The notes under the pieces: model-generated | The model's database searches: none | What the model was told of the DNA's origin: nothing | Seen by the model: only the letters and a program-made list of their open reading frames with translations | Made by a program: the position numbers and the translations under genes | In this document: piece by piece, positions 8,671 to 11,125 of the stretch | Numbering within the stretch: position 1 is the stretch's first letter | Layout of the letters: each line of letters opens with the position of its first letter | Assembly: GCA_030740155.1 (NCBI GenBank) | Contig: JASLXV010000091.1 | Span: 1 to 11,125, forward strand | Length of the DNA: 11,125 nt | Source: Dehalococcoidia bacterium | GTDB lineage: Bacteria; Chloroflexota; Dehalococcoidia; Lucifugimonadales; UBA3495 | Direction: 5' to 3'

Positions 8671-8761
8671 TGTCATTTCTAGCGAAGCGAGGAATCTCAG
8701 CGTAACAACGAGGTCCCCCGCGGAGTCTATCTTGAGCCGGGCCGACGGGCTCGGAATGACA
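8671..8761. repeat. REP-like palindromic element, type 3 (TGTCATT....GCGAAGCGA.GAATCT ... CTCGGAATGACA)
   Basis: Terminal inverted repeats TGTCATTTCTAG / CTCGGAATGACA (10 of 12 match), with an internal GAGCC...GGCTC hairpin; looks like a degenerate copy. Confidence 0.7.
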
Positions 8762-8855
8762 ACGGTCTTACCTCACTCCCAAGGGTCAATTTACTGGAAC
8801 AACGATTATCAGCATTAAGCTGACTGCACACCAGAAATGCCAGCGCGACAAATTC

Positions 8856-8949
8856 GACGAGGGCCATCACCATGAAACCGGTCCCCAACGATGGCCGGCC
8901 AGCCCCGGCAAGAATTGACCTCAACCAACATGGCCCCACCCTTGGTGGG
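8856..8949 (+). repeat. 94-bp direct repeat, copy 2
   Basis: Matches 8380-8473 with two substitutions. Confidence 0.95.
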
Positions 8950-9055
8950 GCAACATTACATCCGTCCTCTATTTCTCGTTCATTGACTCTGGCCGAGATT
9001 GATTCTCCTTGATTTTCCCCAGCTCGCACCCCATTTCCGCCCGCCACACGGGCGA

Positions 9056-9084
9056 TTGACACTGCCGCTGCGGGCAACTACACT
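9056..9084 (+). promoter_or_regulatory. Sigma70 promoter upstream of the grdB-like gene
   Basis: TTGACA (9056-9061), 17-nt spacer, TACACT (9079-9084); 90 nt upstream of ATG 9175. Confidence 0.72.
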
Positions 9085-9174
9085 CGTGCTCATTAGAGGC
9101 GGCGCGCCGGCCAACCACGGGAAGCCGGCGGCAAAAAGACCCGAAACAGATCTGCATAGGTTGGGAGGTGAGCC

Positions 9175-10527
9175 ATGGCGGGACCGGTTCGCATCATCCA
9201 TTACCTGAACCAGTTCTTCGGAGGTGTCGGAGGCGAAGAGAAGGCCAACGCGCCGGTGGAGGCACGGGAAGGACCCGTTGGGCCCGGTCGTGCTCTTCAA
9301 CTGGCTCTTGGCGACCAGGGAACGGTGGTTGCCACCGTGATCGGGGGAGACAACTACGTCGTCGAGGAACAGAGCACGGCGGTAGAGGCCCTGGAAGACG
9401 CCATCACGCGTTTCAAACCGGACGTGTTGGTCGCGGGCCCGGCCTTCGACGCCGGCCGGTACGGCCTGGCCTGCGCGCTGATGTGTCAGGCTGCCCAGGC
9501 AAAGGGAGTCCCGTCGGTGGCCGCCATGCATCCGGAGAACACCGGAGTCCTGACCCTGAGGAAAGAGTTGGTGGTGGTATCCACCGGCACAGAGCTGGCC
9601 GAGATGCAGTCCATTCTGGCCCGGGTGGTGCCGCTGGCGGTGAAACTCGGCCAGGGCCAGGAGCTGGGACCGGCCCTGGAAGAGGGTTACCTGCCCCGCG
9701 GGTTCCGGCGTCAGGTGATTCGGGAGAATACCGGCGCGGAGCGGGCCATCGACATGGTGGAAGCCCGGATGGCGGGCCGGCCTTTTGAATCGGAGGTCTT
9801 CCGCCGCGACTTCGATCTCGTGCAAGCCCCGCCCCCGGTCCCCGATCTGTCCCGGGCCACCCTGGCCCTGATCAGCTCCGGCGGGTTAGTGCCAAAGGGC
9901 AACCCCGACCGTCTGGAATCAGGGCGGACCACCGAGCTGGCTCACAAGTACTCCATCGCCGGATTGAAGGAGTTCACCGTCGAAGACTGGGAGTGCATCC
10001 ACACCGGCTTCCACGCCGGCATCGTTAACGCTCGGGACACCAACTACGTGCTCCCCTTACGGTCCATGAGGGAGCTGGAAAAAAGGGGAGACATCGGGGA
10101 GATTTACCCGCTCTTTTACTCCACGGCGGGGAACGGGATGGCGGTGAGAGCGGCGCGCAGTATAGGAGAGGGGATAGCCAGGGAACTCAAGGAAGCCAAG
10201 GTGGACGGCGTGGTGTTGGTCGCAACTTGAGGGAGCTGCAATCGTTGCGGTGCAACGATAGCGAAGGAGCTGGCGCGGCTGAACATTCCGGTTGCCCAGA
10301 TCAGCGCCGTGCCCATGATTCCTCTGTCCGTGGGCGCCCACCGCGTGGTGCAGGGAATAAGCGTCGAGCATGTCTGCGGTGAGCCGGAGCTTTCGGTGGA
10401 GCGGGACCACGATCTGATGATGCGCATCACCCAGGCCGCACTGACGGCGCTGGTAACCAAGGTGGACGCGCCGACGCTGTTCGAACCTTCAGACGAGCCC
10501 ATGAAGGAGGCCGTCCATGCATCTTGA
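9175..10527 (+). CDS. grdB: Glycine/sarcosine/betaine reductase selenoprotein B family protein (450 aa, selenocysteine at residue 352)
   Basis: Motifs IIHYLNQFFGGVGGEEKA, AGPAFDAGRYG, EEGYLPRG.R and SSGGLVPKGNPDRLES. The in-frame TGA at 10228-10230 is followed by GSCNRCGATIAKELARLNIPVAQI...VGAHRVV...HVCGEP, open to TGA 10525-10527. GGGAGGTG RBS. Substrate (glycine, sarcosine, betaine or other) cannot be determined here. Confidence 0.92.
10235..10262 (+). promoter_or_regulatory. Bacterial SECIS-like hairpin
   Basis: Perfect 8-bp stem ATCGTTGC (10241-10248) / GCAACGAT (10252-10259) with a GGT apical loop starting 18 nt after the UGA; extendable by GCT/AGC pairing around a 3-nt bulge. Confidence 0.8.
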
Positions 10528-11125
10528 AATGGGCACCTTCCCGGTTAAAAACATCGTGTTCGGATCGAGGACCAGGTGGGACGACGGCGTCCTGGAACTG
10601 GATGCCGACGAGCTGCTGGGCCCTATCCTGGCCGAGCCGAGCATCGAAACGGCCATGCTGGAGATAGGTAAGCCGGGCGAGTCGACGCGGATCATCAATT
10701 ACCACGACATTCTGGAGCCTCGAATCAAGGTTGAAGGCCCGGCCATGACTTACCCCGGATGGTGCGGCCGGCCCGCGGACACGGTCGGGTCCGGCCGCAC
10801 CCACCGGCTGGGCGGCATGACCATCATGACCTGCGTCGATGATCCGAATGTATGGGCGGCGCGGGGTTGGAGCGTGGACCAGAAAGATGACGTGCCGCGA
10901 CCAGGGCGGGGGAAACCCTGGTCGTGGCAACGTTTCGTCGACATGTCGGGTTCCGGCGCCTTGCTGCCCTACGCGTCGACCTACAATCTGTGCCTGGTCC
11001 TCCGGCTCAAAGGAGGGCTGGACTCGGGAAACAGCTCGAATATCTTGCAGTCGGCCATACTATCGCTGTCGGACAAGCTGGCGGAGACCACCCTTGGATT
11101 GACGCCACCCGAAGTGGAGGTGTTC
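10517..11125 (+). CDS. Glycine/sarcosine/betaine reductase component B proprotein subunit (GrdE-like), 3' partial; absent from the ORF track
   Basis: Manual translation is open for 203 codons to the window edge: MHLEMGTFPVKNIVFGSRTRWDDGVLEL...KPGESTRII..HDILEPRIKVEG...YPG...TVGSGRTHRL...FVDMSG.GA..PYA..NLCL...PEVEVF. AAGGAGG RBS at 10504-10510; overlaps the grdB end by 11 nt. Confidence 0.88.
   Translation, partial: MHLEMGTFPVKNIVFGSRTRWDDGVLELDADELLGPILAEPSIETAMLEIGKPGESTRIINYHDILEPRIKVEGPAMTYPGWCGRPADTVGSGRTHRLGGMTIMTCVDDPNVWAARGWSVDQKDDVPRPGRGKPWSWQRFVDMSGSGALLPYASTYNLCLVLRLKGGLDSGNSSNILQSAILSLSDKLAETTLGLTPPEVEVF

Noticed and set aside
8380..8949. CRISPR array
   Set aside because: Only two 94-bp copies with a 382-bp gap, no regular repeat-spacer period, and no cas genes in the window.
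9100..9137. Hairpin CGCCGGC/GCCGGCG followed by an A-run in the grdB leader as a terminator or riboswitch
   Set aside because: No U-tract follows the stem on either strand, and I recognise no riboswitch consensus.
8051..9208. ORFs crossing the repeat-rich spacer (8051-8659, 8727-9077, 8999-9208)
   Set aside because: They translate through palindromic and direct repeats and show no family motifs or convincing RBS.
4047..9825. Long antisense or alternate-frame ORFs (4047-5141, 5805-6878, 5833-6798, 7506-8435, 8980-9825)
   Set aside because: They shadow well-supported genes, have no recognisable motifs, and are expected in GC-rich coding DNA.
10309..10527. 72-aa ORF as a separate gene, or grdB as a nonsense pseudogene
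   Set aside because: It is the in-frame C-terminus of the selenoprotein; the UxxCxxC motif and hairpin support read-through.

Overview
GC-rich bacterial window of metabolic genes. The gene mix (LLM remnant, nitroreductase, small cupin, hydantoinase/oxoprolinase pair, Grd-family reductase) resembles Dehalococcoidia/SAR202-type Chloroflexota, but that attribution is inference only. In order: a probable insertion-sequence end truncating an LLM-class oxidoreductase gene; a stand-alone hisG; a nitroreductase; a minus-strand cupin; hydantoinase/oxoprolinase B and A subunits plus a DUF1445 (D-glutamate cyclase/YcsI-like) gene behind a strong sigma70 promoter; a ~950 bp spacer with three different REP-like palindromes and a 94-bp direct repeat; and a glycine/sarcosine/betaine reductase component-B pair. 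The main hidden feature is that the grdB-like gene is a selenoprotein split by the ORF track: an in-frame TGA at 10228-10230 lies in a T-U-G-S-C-N-R-C motif and is followed by an 8-bp perfect SECIS-like hairpin, so the gene runs 9175-10527. An overlapping GrdE-like gene (10517 to window end) is missing from the ORF track. Together these may encode an uncharacterised catabolic route for a lactam or amino-acid derivative (hypothesis).
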